A stretch of DNA of 64,000 nt from the IMG/VR virus record IMGVR_UViG_3300023179_003528, positions 12,455 to 76,454 of that record, one strand, 5' to 3'. Positions 1 through 8,305 of this stretch are shown in pieces; position 1 is the first letter of the stretch, and every line of letters starts with the position of its first letter. The stretch comes from a virus. The notes beneath the pieces were generated by a model. The model saw only the letters and a list, made by a program, of their open reading frames with translations, was not told the origin of the DNA and did not search any database. Position numbers and translations under genes: made by a program.

Positions 1-2
1 AC

Positions 3-188
3 AAATGTGTGCCAGTAGGTGAAGATTCCTATATTGAAAGTCTAATGAATCAATTATACGAAAAGGCTCCCCAAGGTTGGGAAGGCACTGTTAAGGCAAT
101 GAAAAAGCACAAGGAAATAGATAATCCATATGCACTAACGAATTGGATGAAGAATAAAGGTTATAAAAGTCATAAAGCAAAAAAGTAA
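3..188 (+). CDS. 3' end of a gene truncated by the window edge; probable processed head/internal protein
   Basis: Frame 3 is open from 3 to TAA 186-188 (KCVPVGEDSYIESLMNQLYEKAPQGWEGTVKAMKKHKEIDNPYALTNWMKNKGYKSHKAKK). It has V/L-x-E motifs (VGE, LYE) like T4-type prohead protease sites. Confidence 0.7.
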   Translation, partial: KCVPVGEDSYIESLMNQLYEKAPQGWEGTVKAMKKHKEIDNPYALTNWMKNKGYKSHKAKK

Positions 189-244
189 GTGAGCAGGAGC
201 CTCTAGCGCCAATTGATCCTACGGATAATACTCAGGCTCCTGCT
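179..244 (+). other. -1 programmed ribosomal frameshift signal (A_AAA_AAG heptamer plus downstream stem-loop)
   Basis: A AAA AAG at 179-185 lies directly before the stop. After a 6-nt spacer there is a perfect 11-bp stem, AGCAGGAGCCT (192-202) / AGGCTCCTGCT (234-244). Confidence 0.75.
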
Positions 245-427
245 AGTAATAAAATAGTTAGGTTACCAAAACTCCGTCCGGACATGCCTCTTGACTATTG
301 GGATGCTAGATTCCAACAGGCAGATCCAAATCGCTACCATCAATTTAAGAATAAAACACCAGAAAAGAAAAGTCAAATGGCTGTAGCTGCTCTAAAACAG
401 GCTAGAGAGAAGCCAAGAAAAGTTTGA
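179..427 (+). CDS. -1 frame extension (~80 aa) of the upstream gene
   Basis: Frame 2 is open from 176 to TGA 425-427 (KKVSEQEPLAPIDPTDNTQAPASNKIVRLPKLRPDMPLDYWDARFQQADPNRYHQFKNKTPEKKSQMAVAALKQAREKPRKV), with no start codon near its 5' end. Confidence 0.65.
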   Translation, partial: KKVSEQEPLAPIDPTDNTQAPASNKIVRLPKLRPDMPLDYWDARFQQADPNRYHQFKNKTPEKKSQMAVAALKQAREKPRKV

Positions 428-452
428 CATTATTAATTTAAGATTGTATCAT
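424..452 (+). promoter_or_regulatory. sigma70-type early promoter
   Basis: TTGACA 424-429, 17-bp spacer, TATCAT 447-452; AAGGAG RBS follows. Confidence 0.75.
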
Positions 453-471
453 ATAACACAAGGAGATATAA

Positions 472-747
472 ATGAGTAAAGCATTTGGCGCCCCTGAACA
501 GGCTAAAATTAAACAGATTGTAGCCGAAGGTGTTACAGTAATGCAGGAAATTCAAGACCTAACTGAGGGTTTAAATGACACAATTAAAGCAGTAGCTGAA
601 GAACTAGAAGTAAAACCTAGTGTAATTAAACGAGCAATTAGAATTGCACTAAAAGATCAATGGAACCAAGTTTACAAAGAATTTGATGATTTAGAAACCA
701 TTGTTAATATCAGTGGTCACGCAAATATGCGTGACGATGAAGAATAA
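472..747 (+). CDS. small dsDNA-binding protein (T4 DsbA-like)
   Basis: 91 aa helical protein, IKAVAEELEVKPSVIKRAIRIA pattern, strong RBS. Confidence 0.5.
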   Translation: MSKAFGAPEQAKIKQIVAEGVTVMQEIQDLTEGLNDTIKAVAEELEVKPSVIKRAIRIALKDQWNQVYKEFDDLETIVNISGHANMRDDEE

Positions 748-750
748 TAA

Positions 751-756
751 TAAATA
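751..756 (+). promoter_or_regulatory. T4-type late promoter core (TAAATA)
   Basis: Intergenic TAAATA upstream of the polymerase leader; the same hexamer recurs in many intergenic gaps and a gp55 homologue is present. Confidence 0.4.
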
Positions 757-765
757 TTTTTGGGT

Positions 766-824
766 AAGGTTCAGCAAGCCACAAATTGCTATTCGAAGGT
801 CAGTGAGCCATAAATCACAAGGAG
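766..824 (+). promoter_or_regulatory. tandem hairpin element over the DNA polymerase RBS; putative autogenous translational operator
   Basis: AAGGT-TC-AGCAA[GCCACAAA]TTGCT (766-790) and AAGGT-CA-GTGA[GCCATAAA]TCAC (796-818), immediately followed by AAGGAG (819-824). Confidence 0.6.
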
Positions 825-830
825 AAGAAT

Positions 831-3500
831 ATGAGCTACGTAGATGCCATCTGGGATCGAGAACAAGACACCGTTCGTGTGGTTGAACGCGATAATAAAA
901 AAGGTCGTTTATTTCAAGATTACCCTGCCAAATATATTTTCTACTACCCTGATCCAAAAGGCAAATATAAGTCTATTTTCGGAGAAAGCCTTAGTAGAGT
1001 CTTATCAAGAAATTTTAAAGAATTTGTAAAAGAACAAAAAATTCATAGTAATCATAAACTTTATGAAAGTGATATGAATCCTGTATTCCGTTGTCTAGAG
1101 GAAAACTATCTAGGCAAGGATGCACCAAAACTAAACGTAGCATTTTTCGATATCGAAGTGGGGTTTGACCCAGATCGTGGATATGCGTCGCCAGATGATG
1201 CATTTATGCCTATCACTGCTATAGCAGTTCATCTACAATGGTTAGACACATTAGTATGTCTCAGTGTGCCACCTAAAACACTTACTTTAGAACAGGCACA
1301 GGAGCAGGTAAAGGATTTTCCTAACACACTATTATTCGAATCAGAATATGAAATGTTGGACACATTTCTTACCTTAATTGAAGATGCAGATGTATTGAGC
1401 GGATGGAACTCAGAAGGATATGATATTCCATATACGGTTAATCGTGTGACAAAGGTATTAAGCAAAGAAGATACTCGGAGATTTTGTCTATGGGATCAGT
1501 ATCCAAAAAAACGTGAATATGAAAAATATGGTAAAACTGCCCTTACTTACGATCTTGTTGGTCGTGTCCATGTTGATAGTTTGGAGTTGTACAGAAAGTA
1601 TACATATGAGGAACGACATTCCTATAGATTGGACGCAATCGGCGAGATGGAAATCGGAGAAACCAAAACTGTATATGAAGGAACTTTAGATCAACTTTAT
1701 AATAATGATTATCGTAAGTTTATTGAATATAACAGGCAAGATTGTGCCTTGTTAAACAAATTAGATCGCAAACTTAAATTTTTAGATTTAGCCAATACAA
1801 TTGCACATGAAAATACTGTTTTACTACAGACCACAATGGGCGCGGTTGCTGTAACAGAACAAGCAATTGTAAATGAAGCGCACCATCGAGGCATGATTGT
1901 TCCAAGTCGTCCTCGTAGAGATGAATCTAGAGACAATCAAGCAGCAGGTGCTTATGTAGCATATCCTAAAAAAGGACTACATGATTGGATTGGATCAATG
2001 GACATTAATTCACTGTATCCATCGGTAATTCGTGCTCTTAATATGGGTCCTGAAACTATTGTAGGACAATTGCGTCAAGACTACACACAGGCCTATATTG
2101 AAGGCGAAATGGCCAAAGGTAAAAGTTTTGCGGCAGCATGGGAAGGACGTTTTGGATCTCTCGAATATGAATTCGTAATGAACAAGGATCGTGCTAACGA
2201 CATTACCATAGACTGGGAGAATGGTGAAACTTCAATAATGAGCGGGGCTCAAATCTATGAACTTATTTTCGACAGTAGTAAACCTTGGATGTTATCTGCC
2301 AATGGCACAATCTTTACACACGAACACGAAGGCATCATTCCCGGATTACTTAAACGCTGGTATGCGGAACGTAAGGAAATGCAGGCTAAACTTAAAGAAG
2401 CTGTCAAGGCAGAAAACAAAATTGAGGAAGAGTATTGGGATAAACGGCAATTGGTTAAGAAAATTAATCTTAATTCCTTATATGGTGCTATTCTTAATGC
2501 TGGTTGTAGGTTTTTCGACAATCGTATCGGTCAATCTACCACACTTACAGGACGCCAGATTGCCAAACATATGGCTAGTAAAATTAATGAAGTCGTCACT
2601 GGAGAATACGACCACGTTGGAAAAGCAATCATATACGGAGATACAGACAGTGCCTATTTCTCAGCCTACAGTAGTCTCAAAAACGAAATCCAAAAAGGTC
2701 AAATTCCGTGGGACAAAGAAACAGTTGTAAAACTTTATGACAATGTAGCAGAAGAAGTTAATTCAACATTCCCACAATTCATGCTAGAAGCATTTCATTG
2801 TCCCAAGAGCAGAGGAGAAGTTATTAAAGCAGGTCGTGAAATTGTAGCTGCAAAAGGATTGTTCATAACTAAAAAGCGTTATGCTGTATTGTATTATGAC
2901 AAAGAAGGCAAACGGTTAGACATCGAAGGTAAGCCTGGAAAAATCAAAGCCATGGGGTTAGATTTGAAACGCAGCGATACTCCAGAATTCATGCAGGACT
3001 TTCTCAGTGAAGTTCTAGAACGTGTGCTAAATGGTGCAAAAGAAAAAGAGATTCTAGAACGTATACAAGAATTTCGAACAGAATTCAAAGCACGACCTGG
3101 ATGGGAGAAGGGTTCGCCAAAACGTGCTAACAATATTACAGAGTATCAAGAAAAAGAAGCCAAAGCAGGTAAGGCTAACATGCCTGGACATGTCCGCGCC
3201 AGTATTAATTGGAATACTCTCAAGCGTATGCACGGAGACAAATACAGTATGCAGATTGTAGATGGTATGAAGGTCATAGTATGCAAACTTAAATCAAATC
3301 CTTTGGAATATGCTTCAGTGGCCTATCCTGTAGATGAACTTAGGTTACCCAAATGGTTTCAAGATTTACCATTCGATCATGCAGAAATGGAAACAGTTAT
3401 TATTAATAACAAACTGGAAAACCTAATCGGTGTTTTGGAATGGGATTTAGAATCTACCACAGATACTAATACATTTAATAGCCTGTTCAGTTTTGAATAA
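831..3500 (+). CDS. gp43: family B DNA polymerase (T4 gp43-like)
   Basis: Exonuclease motifs FDIE, GWNSEGYD and YNRQD; polymerase motifs DINSLYPS, KINLNSLYG, YGDTDS and KKRY. Confidence 0.97.
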   Translation: MSYVDAIWDREQDTVRVVERDNKKGRLFQDYPAKYIFYYPDPKGKYKSIFGESLSRVLSRNFKEFVKEQKIHSNHKLYESDMNPVFRCLEENYLGKDAPKLNVAFFDIEVGFDPDRGYASPDDAFMPITAIAVHLQWLDTLVCLSVPPKTLTLEQAQEQVKDFPNTLLFESEYEMLDTFLTLIEDADVLSGWNSEGYDIPYTVNRVTKVLSKEDTRRFCLWDQYPKKREYEKYGKTALTYDLVGRVHVDSLELYRKYTYEERHSYRLDAIGEMEIGETKTVYEGTLDQLYNNDYRKFIEYNRQDCALLNKLDRKLKFLDLANTIAHENTVLLQTTMGAVAVTEQAIVNEAHHRGMIVPSRPRRDESRDNQAAGAYVAYPKKGLHDWIGSMDINSLYPSVIRALNMGPETIVGQLRQDYTQAYIEGEMAKGKSFAAAWEGRFGSLEYEFVMNKDRANDITIDWENGETSIMSGAQIYELIFDSSKPWMLSANGTIFTHEHEGIIPGLLKRWYAERKEMQAKLKEAVKAENKIEEEYWDKRQLVKKINLNSLYGAILNAGCRFFDNRIGQSTTLTGRQIAKHMASKINEVVTGEYDHVGKAIIYGDTDSAYFSAYSSLKNEIQKGQIPWDKETVVKLYDNVAEEVNSTFPQFMLEAFHCPKSRGEVIKAGREIVAAKGLFITKKRYAVLYYDKEGKRLDIEGKPGKIKAMGLDLKRSDTPEFMQDFLSEVLERVLNGAKEKEILERIQEFRTEFKARPGWEKGSPKRANNITEYQEKEAKAGKANMPGHVRASINWNTLKRMHGDKYSMQIVDGMKVIVCKLKSNPLEYASVAYPVDELRLPKWFQDLPFDHAEMETVIINNKLENLIGVLEWDLESTTDTNTFNSLFSFE

Positions 3501-3508
3501 TTATGCTA

Positions 3509-3537
3509 TTGACATTACAACATTTTCTAAATATAAT
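3509..3537 (+). promoter_or_regulatory. sigma70 consensus promoter with overlapping TAAATA
   Basis: TTGACA 3509-3514, 17 bp, TATAAT 3532-3537; TAAATA at 3528-3533. Confidence 0.85.
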
Positions 3538-3554
3538 TTAACAAAGGAAAAATC

Positions 3555-4289
3555 ATGAAAGACATTTTACAAGACATCGTTGGACATACAAATAAATTAG
3601 GGTTCCTTAATATTGTCAAGGTTACAGGAACTAAAGACAAGACACAAATCGACTCGATGGCAGAAGATAGATCTGTAATCATGCATGCCGAAACTGCTGA
3701 CCCGTATCCAGATATGATTGGTACATTTGGTATGCCTCAACTTGAAAAACTACGCTATCTATTAGATGGTAAGGAATATCAAGAAGATGCTAAAATTGAA
3801 TTAACCACAGCGGTTCGTAATAATGAAACTATTCCTATTGGACTTCATTTTGAAAACAAAGATGGCGACTTTAAGAATGACTACAGGTTTATGAACCAAG
3901 ATCTTATCAACGAAAAACTTAAAACAGTTAAATTTCGTGGAGTTAAATGGGATGTAGAAGTTGAGCCAAGCATTGCTTCTATACAAAGATTTCAATTTCA
4001 AGCAGGTGCTAACACAGAACATACTATATTTTTAGCCAAGACAGAAGATAAAAAACTGGTATTTACTTTCGGTGATGCTTCCACACACGGTGGAGAATTT
4101 GTATTTGCCACAGATGTTGTAGGCAAGTTAAACAAGGGATGGACTTGGCCTGTATCTCCAATTCTCAGTATTCTTAAGATAGCAGATACAAATAATACAA
4201 AAATGAGTTTTAGTAATGAAGGTGCCATGCAGATTACACTAGATAGCGGACTGGCTACCTACCAATATATTGTTCCAGCCCAGGCATAA
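3555..4289 (+). CDS. DNA polymerase sliding clamp (gp45-like)
   Basis: 244 aa, directly after the polymerase, with clamp-like beta/alpha periodicity and C-terminal YQYIVPA. Confidence 0.6.
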   Translation: MKDILQDIVGHTNKLGFLNIVKVTGTKDKTQIDSMAEDRSVIMHAETADPYPDMIGTFGMPQLEKLRYLLDGKEYQEDAKIELTTAVRNNETIPIGLHFENKDGDFKNDYRFMNQDLINEKLKTVKFRGVKWDVEVEPSIASIQRFQFQAGANTEHTIFLAKTEDKKLVFTFGDASTHGGEFVFATDVVGKLNKGWTWPVSPILSILKIADTNNTKMSFSNEGAMQITLDSGLATYQYIVPAQA

Positions 4290-4304
4290 TGATATTGAGT
4301 TGAA

Positions 4305-5858
4305 ATGAAAAAACCACCAATTAATCTAACACCGTTACAAAAAGACTATGCGGTTTTTCTTCCCGCAATCTCGTCGTTCTACAGTACCTATGTGGCAAAA
4401 CAACGACTAGAAGAATTTGTTCCAACAGATCGAATTCCTAAAGATTTCGACCGTGGCATTGAGGGTATGAACTTTCTCAATCCCGAGGAAGGCTATTTTA
4501 CCTATAAATATGCGCTATATTCAGCAGGTCATGCTCAATTAGATCTGCAAAAAAGTCTTGTTCAAGAATCTATGATCCAACAGAGGGATCGCAATGCCAC
4601 AATGATTTTAGGTGATTCGGGAGGATATCAAATTGGTAAAGGTGTTCTAAAATTTGATTGGTTAAATTTTGAAGGTGCAAAAGCCAACGCTGTTAGACAG
4701 CAAATTCTAGAATGGTTAGAACTAACTGCAGACTGGTCCATGTTTTTAGATGTGCCAACTTGGGCCTGTGATCATATTCATAGCCCAAAAACAGGACTTA
4801 AAACTTTTCAAGATTGTTTAGATAAAACTCGTTTTAATAATGAATATTTTTTAAAGAATAGGCTGGGACAAACAAAATGGCTTAATGTTCTGCAAGGTAG
4901 CGATTGGGATAGCGCAGAAGAATGGTATGATGGTGTTAAAGAGTTTTCAGATCCTACTGTATGGGAAGATCGAGCCGCAGAAGGGTGGGCCTTTGGAGGT
5001 GCCAATATGTGTAAAATGGACATCACCCTTAAAAGATTAATCACTATGCGTGAGGATGGATTACTTACCAATAAAAATTGGATTCACTTCTTGGGCACCG
5101 CTCAATTAGATTGGAGCTGTTATCTTACCAGTATCCAAAGGCAAATTAGGAAACATATCAATGAAGAAATTACCATATCTTTTGACTGCGCCTCACCGTT
5201 TATCGCAACAGCGCATGGACTCGTCTACACCAATGCCCAGCACACTCAAAAACGTTGGAGCGTTATTATGGACAAAGCCCCAGACCTCAAAACTCTTGCA
5301 GGAAGCGATATCCCATTCCCATTTGAATCAGAACTAGGACGCAGAATGACCATGGGAGATATTTGCCATTATGCTCCTGGTATGCTAAACAAAATTGGTA
5401 AGGAAGGTAAAACTTCTTGGGATAGTTTTTCATATGCTCTAATGATGGGTCATAATGTCTATTGCCATATTGTTGCTGTACAACGTGCTCAACAGTTGAT
5501 GGACATTGAAGTTGCTAAAACTAAAGGAAAAATTCGCTGGCGTCATTGGAAAAAAGTCAAAGCAGATGATAAGAGTGACGAATATTCAGAATGGGTTCCA
5601 CGTAATATCTTATATTTTAACAATTTTGTAGAAGATCTATTCAATACCAAAACTAAACAAGAAGCATTCAATATTATGGATGAGGCGGGTCCTTTTCTAA
5701 GATCGTTGGAAGGAGCAAGGCTGCGAGGAGGTCCTGCTCAAAATACTTTTAATAGACATTTTGATGTAGAAGAAATCACCAAAGCAGTAGAAATAGATTT
5801 GGAAAATCCCGAAGATGAAGAACTTAGGAAATTGGAAGATAGTCTTCTTGACAGTTAA
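4305..5858 (+). CDS. dpdA: TGT-fold guanine transglycosylase, DpdA-like (7-deazaguanine insertion into DNA)
   Basis: TGT motifs in order: DSGGYQ, LDVP, VLQG, HFLG, SFDCASP, GHN. Linked to QueD-like and QueE genes. Confidence 0.75.
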   Translation: MKKPPINLTPLQKDYAVFLPAISSFYSTYVAKQRLEEFVPTDRIPKDFDRGIEGMNFLNPEEGYFTYKYALYSAGHAQLDLQKSLVQESMIQQRDRNATMILGDSGGYQIGKGVLKFDWLNFEGAKANAVRQQILEWLELTADWSMFLDVPTWACDHIHSPKTGLKTFQDCLDKTRFNNEYFLKNRLGQTKWLNVLQGSDWDSAEEWYDGVKEFSDPTVWEDRAAEGWAFGGANMCKMDITLKRLITMREDGLLTNKNWIHFLGTAQLDWSCYLTSIQRQIRKHINEEITISFDCASPFIATAHGLVYTNAQHTQKRWSVIMDKAPDLKTLAGSDIPFPFESELGRRMTMGDICHYAPGMLNKIGKEGKTSWDSFSYALMMGHNVYCHIVAVQRAQQLMDIEVAKTKGKIRWRHWKKVKADDKSDEYSEWVPRNILYFNNFVEDLFNTKTKQEAFNIMDEAGPFLRSLEGARLRGGPAQNTFNRHFDVEEITKAVEIDLENPEDEELRKLEDSLLDS

Positions 5859-5876
5859 TTAAAATTATATTAAACT
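5848..5876 (+). promoter_or_regulatory. sigma70-type promoter
   Basis: TTGACA 5848-5853, 17 bp, TAAACT 5871-5876. Confidence 0.7.
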
Positions 5877-5882
5877 TAAATC

Positions 5883-6395
5883 ATGCAAAGAATTTATCAA
5901 AATAACAGCGACAATTTACCAGATCTCTTTATAGGTAAAGAAATTGAGCATACTCCTGCTTATGGTAAAGCAACACTATTTGTAGTAGGAATACAGGTTA
6001 TTGAAGATATTTCAGAAAATCTTTTAGGTATAGAACATATTTTCTTCGGAGCTAACCATAGCTTTAACCCAAAAACATCAACTGAATGGAAACTTTGGGA
6101 AGAAATGATTTCTTATTTTTTAGATAAAAATTATCTCTGTTCATTAGATATCCCTATATCGGTTGTCGAAGAATTCCACGAGGGAGGACTCGGTGAATAT
6201 GATAATTTTATTCCACAGATACGGGTTCCAATTCCCTATATTAGATTGTGGAATTATAATACTATGTTAAAAATAGATGACATAGGATTTGATAGGACTA
6301 ATCCAGGTGTATGGTCACACAGTCTACATACATTATTGGATCGTAATAAATTCACAGACTGGTCTAAATATAAAGAGGATAAAATTATCAAATGA
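5883..6395 (+). CDS. hypothetical protein in the deazaguanine cluster
   Basis: 170-aa ORF with motif-like stretches GKEIEHTPAYG, HIFFGANHSF and TNPGVW; ATGA overlap with the next gene. Confidence 0.75.
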   Translation: MQRIYQNNSDNLPDLFIGKEIEHTPAYGKATLFVVGIQVIEDISENLLGIEHIFFGANHSFNPKTSTEWKLWEEMISYFLDKNYLCSLDIPISVVEEFHEGGLGEYDNFIPQIRVPIPYIRLWNYNTMLKIDDIGFDRTNPGVWSHSLHTLLDRNKFTDWSKYKEDKIIK

Positions 6396-6580
6396 TTACA
6401 GGTAAAATTATTAAAAAAGAGTTAGCACAACAAGGAACTACAGAAGAGCGACTTTTTAAACTACTAGAAAGTATGGATTGGAAGCTCTGGGAAATGTATC
6501 AAATTATGAAATCACAATCTAATGATACTCAAAAGCCTGGAATTAAAACTAAACCTGTCAAAAAAACGGACGAAGAATAA
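6392..6580 (+). CDS. hypothetical protein
   Basis: 62 aa, translationally coupled on both sides. Confidence 0.7.
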   Translation: MITGKIIKKELAQQGTTEERLFKLLESMDWKLWEMYQIMKSQSNDTQKPGIKTKPVKKTDEE

Positions 6581-6960
6581 TGGATAAATCAATGATCTGG
6601 GTAACCTTTCGTAAGGAAGGTATTCATAAATATCCAGCAGCACTGACGGATCCTAGGTTAAAAACAGGTGATGAGTATGACGTTTCTTTTTTGGGTTATC
6701 CCCATCGCCACATTTTTCATTTCAGGGTGTGGATCAGTGTAGAACACTCGGACCGGGCAATTGAATTCATTCAATTCAAACGCTGGCTTGAAAATCTCTA
6801 TAATCAAGCAACACTACAGTTAGACTACAAATCCTGCGAGATGATGGCAGAAGATTTATACGCTCAAATCTCCGCAAAATATCCAGGACGAGAAGTTTGG
6901 ATTGAAGTGTCGGAAGACAACGAAAACGGTTGCTTTATTAAATTTCCACCAACTAATTAA
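6580..6960 (+). CDS. QueD/PTPS-fold paralogue (DpdL-type; candidate CDG decarboxylase)
   Basis: T-fold pattern H...LGYPHRHIF...SCEMMA...VSE. LxxxHRHxF replaces the canonical QueD CxxxHGH. Confidence 0.7.
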   Translation: MDKSMIWVTFRKEGIHKYPAALTDPRLKTGDEYDVSFLGYPHRHIFHFRVWISVEHSDRAIEFIQFKRWLENLYNQATLQLDYKSCEMMAEDLYAQISAKYPGREVWIEVSEDNENGCFIKFPPTN

Positions 6961-6970
6961 TTTTATTATT

Positions 6971-7198
6971 ATGGCACTTTCATCTAGTATAACTAAAACT
7001 CTTCGTTTCAAACCAGAAGTTAACAAAATCTTTGATGATCTAGAAGCATGGCACGATTATTGCAGAATGGAACTGATTGATTTTAATCCTGCTCATCTTT
7101 ATAAATCTAGAGAATGGAGAGAATTCAATAAAACTAGAGAATATTTAGATCGTAAGGTTAAACGAGAACAAAAACAAAATAAAAAGAATCATGGCTAG
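6971..7198 (+). CDS. hypothetical protein
   Basis: ATG 6971 chosen over the GTG at 6902, which lies inside the upstream gene; overlaps the start of the next gene. Confidence 0.65.
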   Translation: MALSSSITKTLRFKPEVNKIFDDLEAWHDYCRMELIDFNPAHLYKSREWREFNKTREYLDRKVKREQKQNKKNHG

Positions 7199-8297
7199 AA
7201 TATTTATAATAGATTTAGAAAGTGTAGAAACTAGATATACAGCACAATGGAAAGAACATGTTCCAAAAATTCTTAAAGAACAAGGACATGAAGTTCACAT
7301 GGTTTCTGGTCCGGAAGATATTCCTCGAGCCACTACTCCTGGCGCCTTTCTTAACTTTGGCGGGACTAATGTCTATAAGTCTAGACAAGTTGAAGAATTT
7401 AGTCGCCTATTTACCTCCGGATCAATTAATTCTGGCGATCATTTTTTGTTTTTGGATGCTTGGCACCCAGGAATTATAAACTTAAAATACATGAGCAGTC
7501 TTCTTAATATTCCAATTAAGATACATGCTCTTTGGCATGCAGGGTCATATGACCCCCAGGACTTTTTAGGTAGGCTTATTGGTTCCGCTCCTTGGGTAAG
7601 ACATGCAGAGAAATCATTCTTCCATGCCATTGACCATAACTACTTTGCCACAAATTTTCATATTGAAATGTTTATGCGCAATCTTCTTAACAACGGCATG
7701 GAATCTGAAAATCCATGGTTTGAAGAAGATGTCGCAGAAGCCCTGGCAGGTGAGCGTCCGTGGCTAGTAAGATCAGGTTGGCCCATGGAATATATGCCAG
7801 AAACACTGGCTCCTTATAAAGGTAAAAGAAAACGTGACCTAATTCTTTTCCCACATCGCATAGCACCAGAGAAACAGGTTGATATCTTTAGAGATTTGGC
7901 TCTACTGCTGCCTCAATTTCAATTTGTTGTCTGTCAAGAGCAGACTCTTACCAAAAAAGAATATCACAATTTACTAGCCGAAGCCAAAATGATATTCTCA
8001 GCTAATCTTCAAGAAACTCTAGGCATAAGTTGTTATGAAGGTGTATTGCTTGACGCTATTCCATATGTTCCGGACAGATTATCCTATACAGAAATGTATC
8101 ATAAAGAATTCAAATACCCTTCTAAGTGGACAGAAAGTTGGAATAGTTATCTTGATTATCGTGCTGATATTTGCTATAATATAATATCATTGATGAATAA
8201 TTATGAACAACATAAAAGCCAAATGGCCAGTCAAGCAAAAGATTTATCTGAAAATTACTTTAGTGCCAACAAACTTTTATCAAACCTTTCTAAATAG
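7191..8297 (+). CDS. GT-B retaining glycosyltransferase (GT4-like; candidate DNA glycosyltransferase)
   Basis: FPHRIAPEK plus an E-x7-E signature (ETLGISCYE). Confidence 0.8.
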   Translation: MARIFIIDLESVETRYTAQWKEHVPKILKEQGHEVHMVSGPEDIPRATTPGAFLNFGGTNVYKSRQVEEFSRLFTSGSINSGDHFLFLDAWHPGIINLKYMSSLLNIPIKIHALWHAGSYDPQDFLGRLIGSAPWVRHAEKSFFHAIDHNYFATNFHIEMFMRNLLNNGMESENPWFEEDVAEALAGERPWLVRSGWPMEYMPETLAPYKGKRKRDLILFPHRIAPEKQVDIFRDLALLLPQFQFVVCQEQTLTKKEYHNLLAEAKMIFSANLQETLGISCYEGVLLDAIPYVPDRLSYTEMYHKEFKYPSKWTESWNSYLDYRADICYNIISLMNNYEQHKSQMASQAKDLSENYFSANKLLSNLSK

Positions 8298-8305
8298 GTA
8301 AATTT

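Noticed and set aside
6580-6960. Canonical QueD call
   Set aside because: It lacks the CxxxHGH catalytic motif, so it is reported as a paralogue without a gene symbol.
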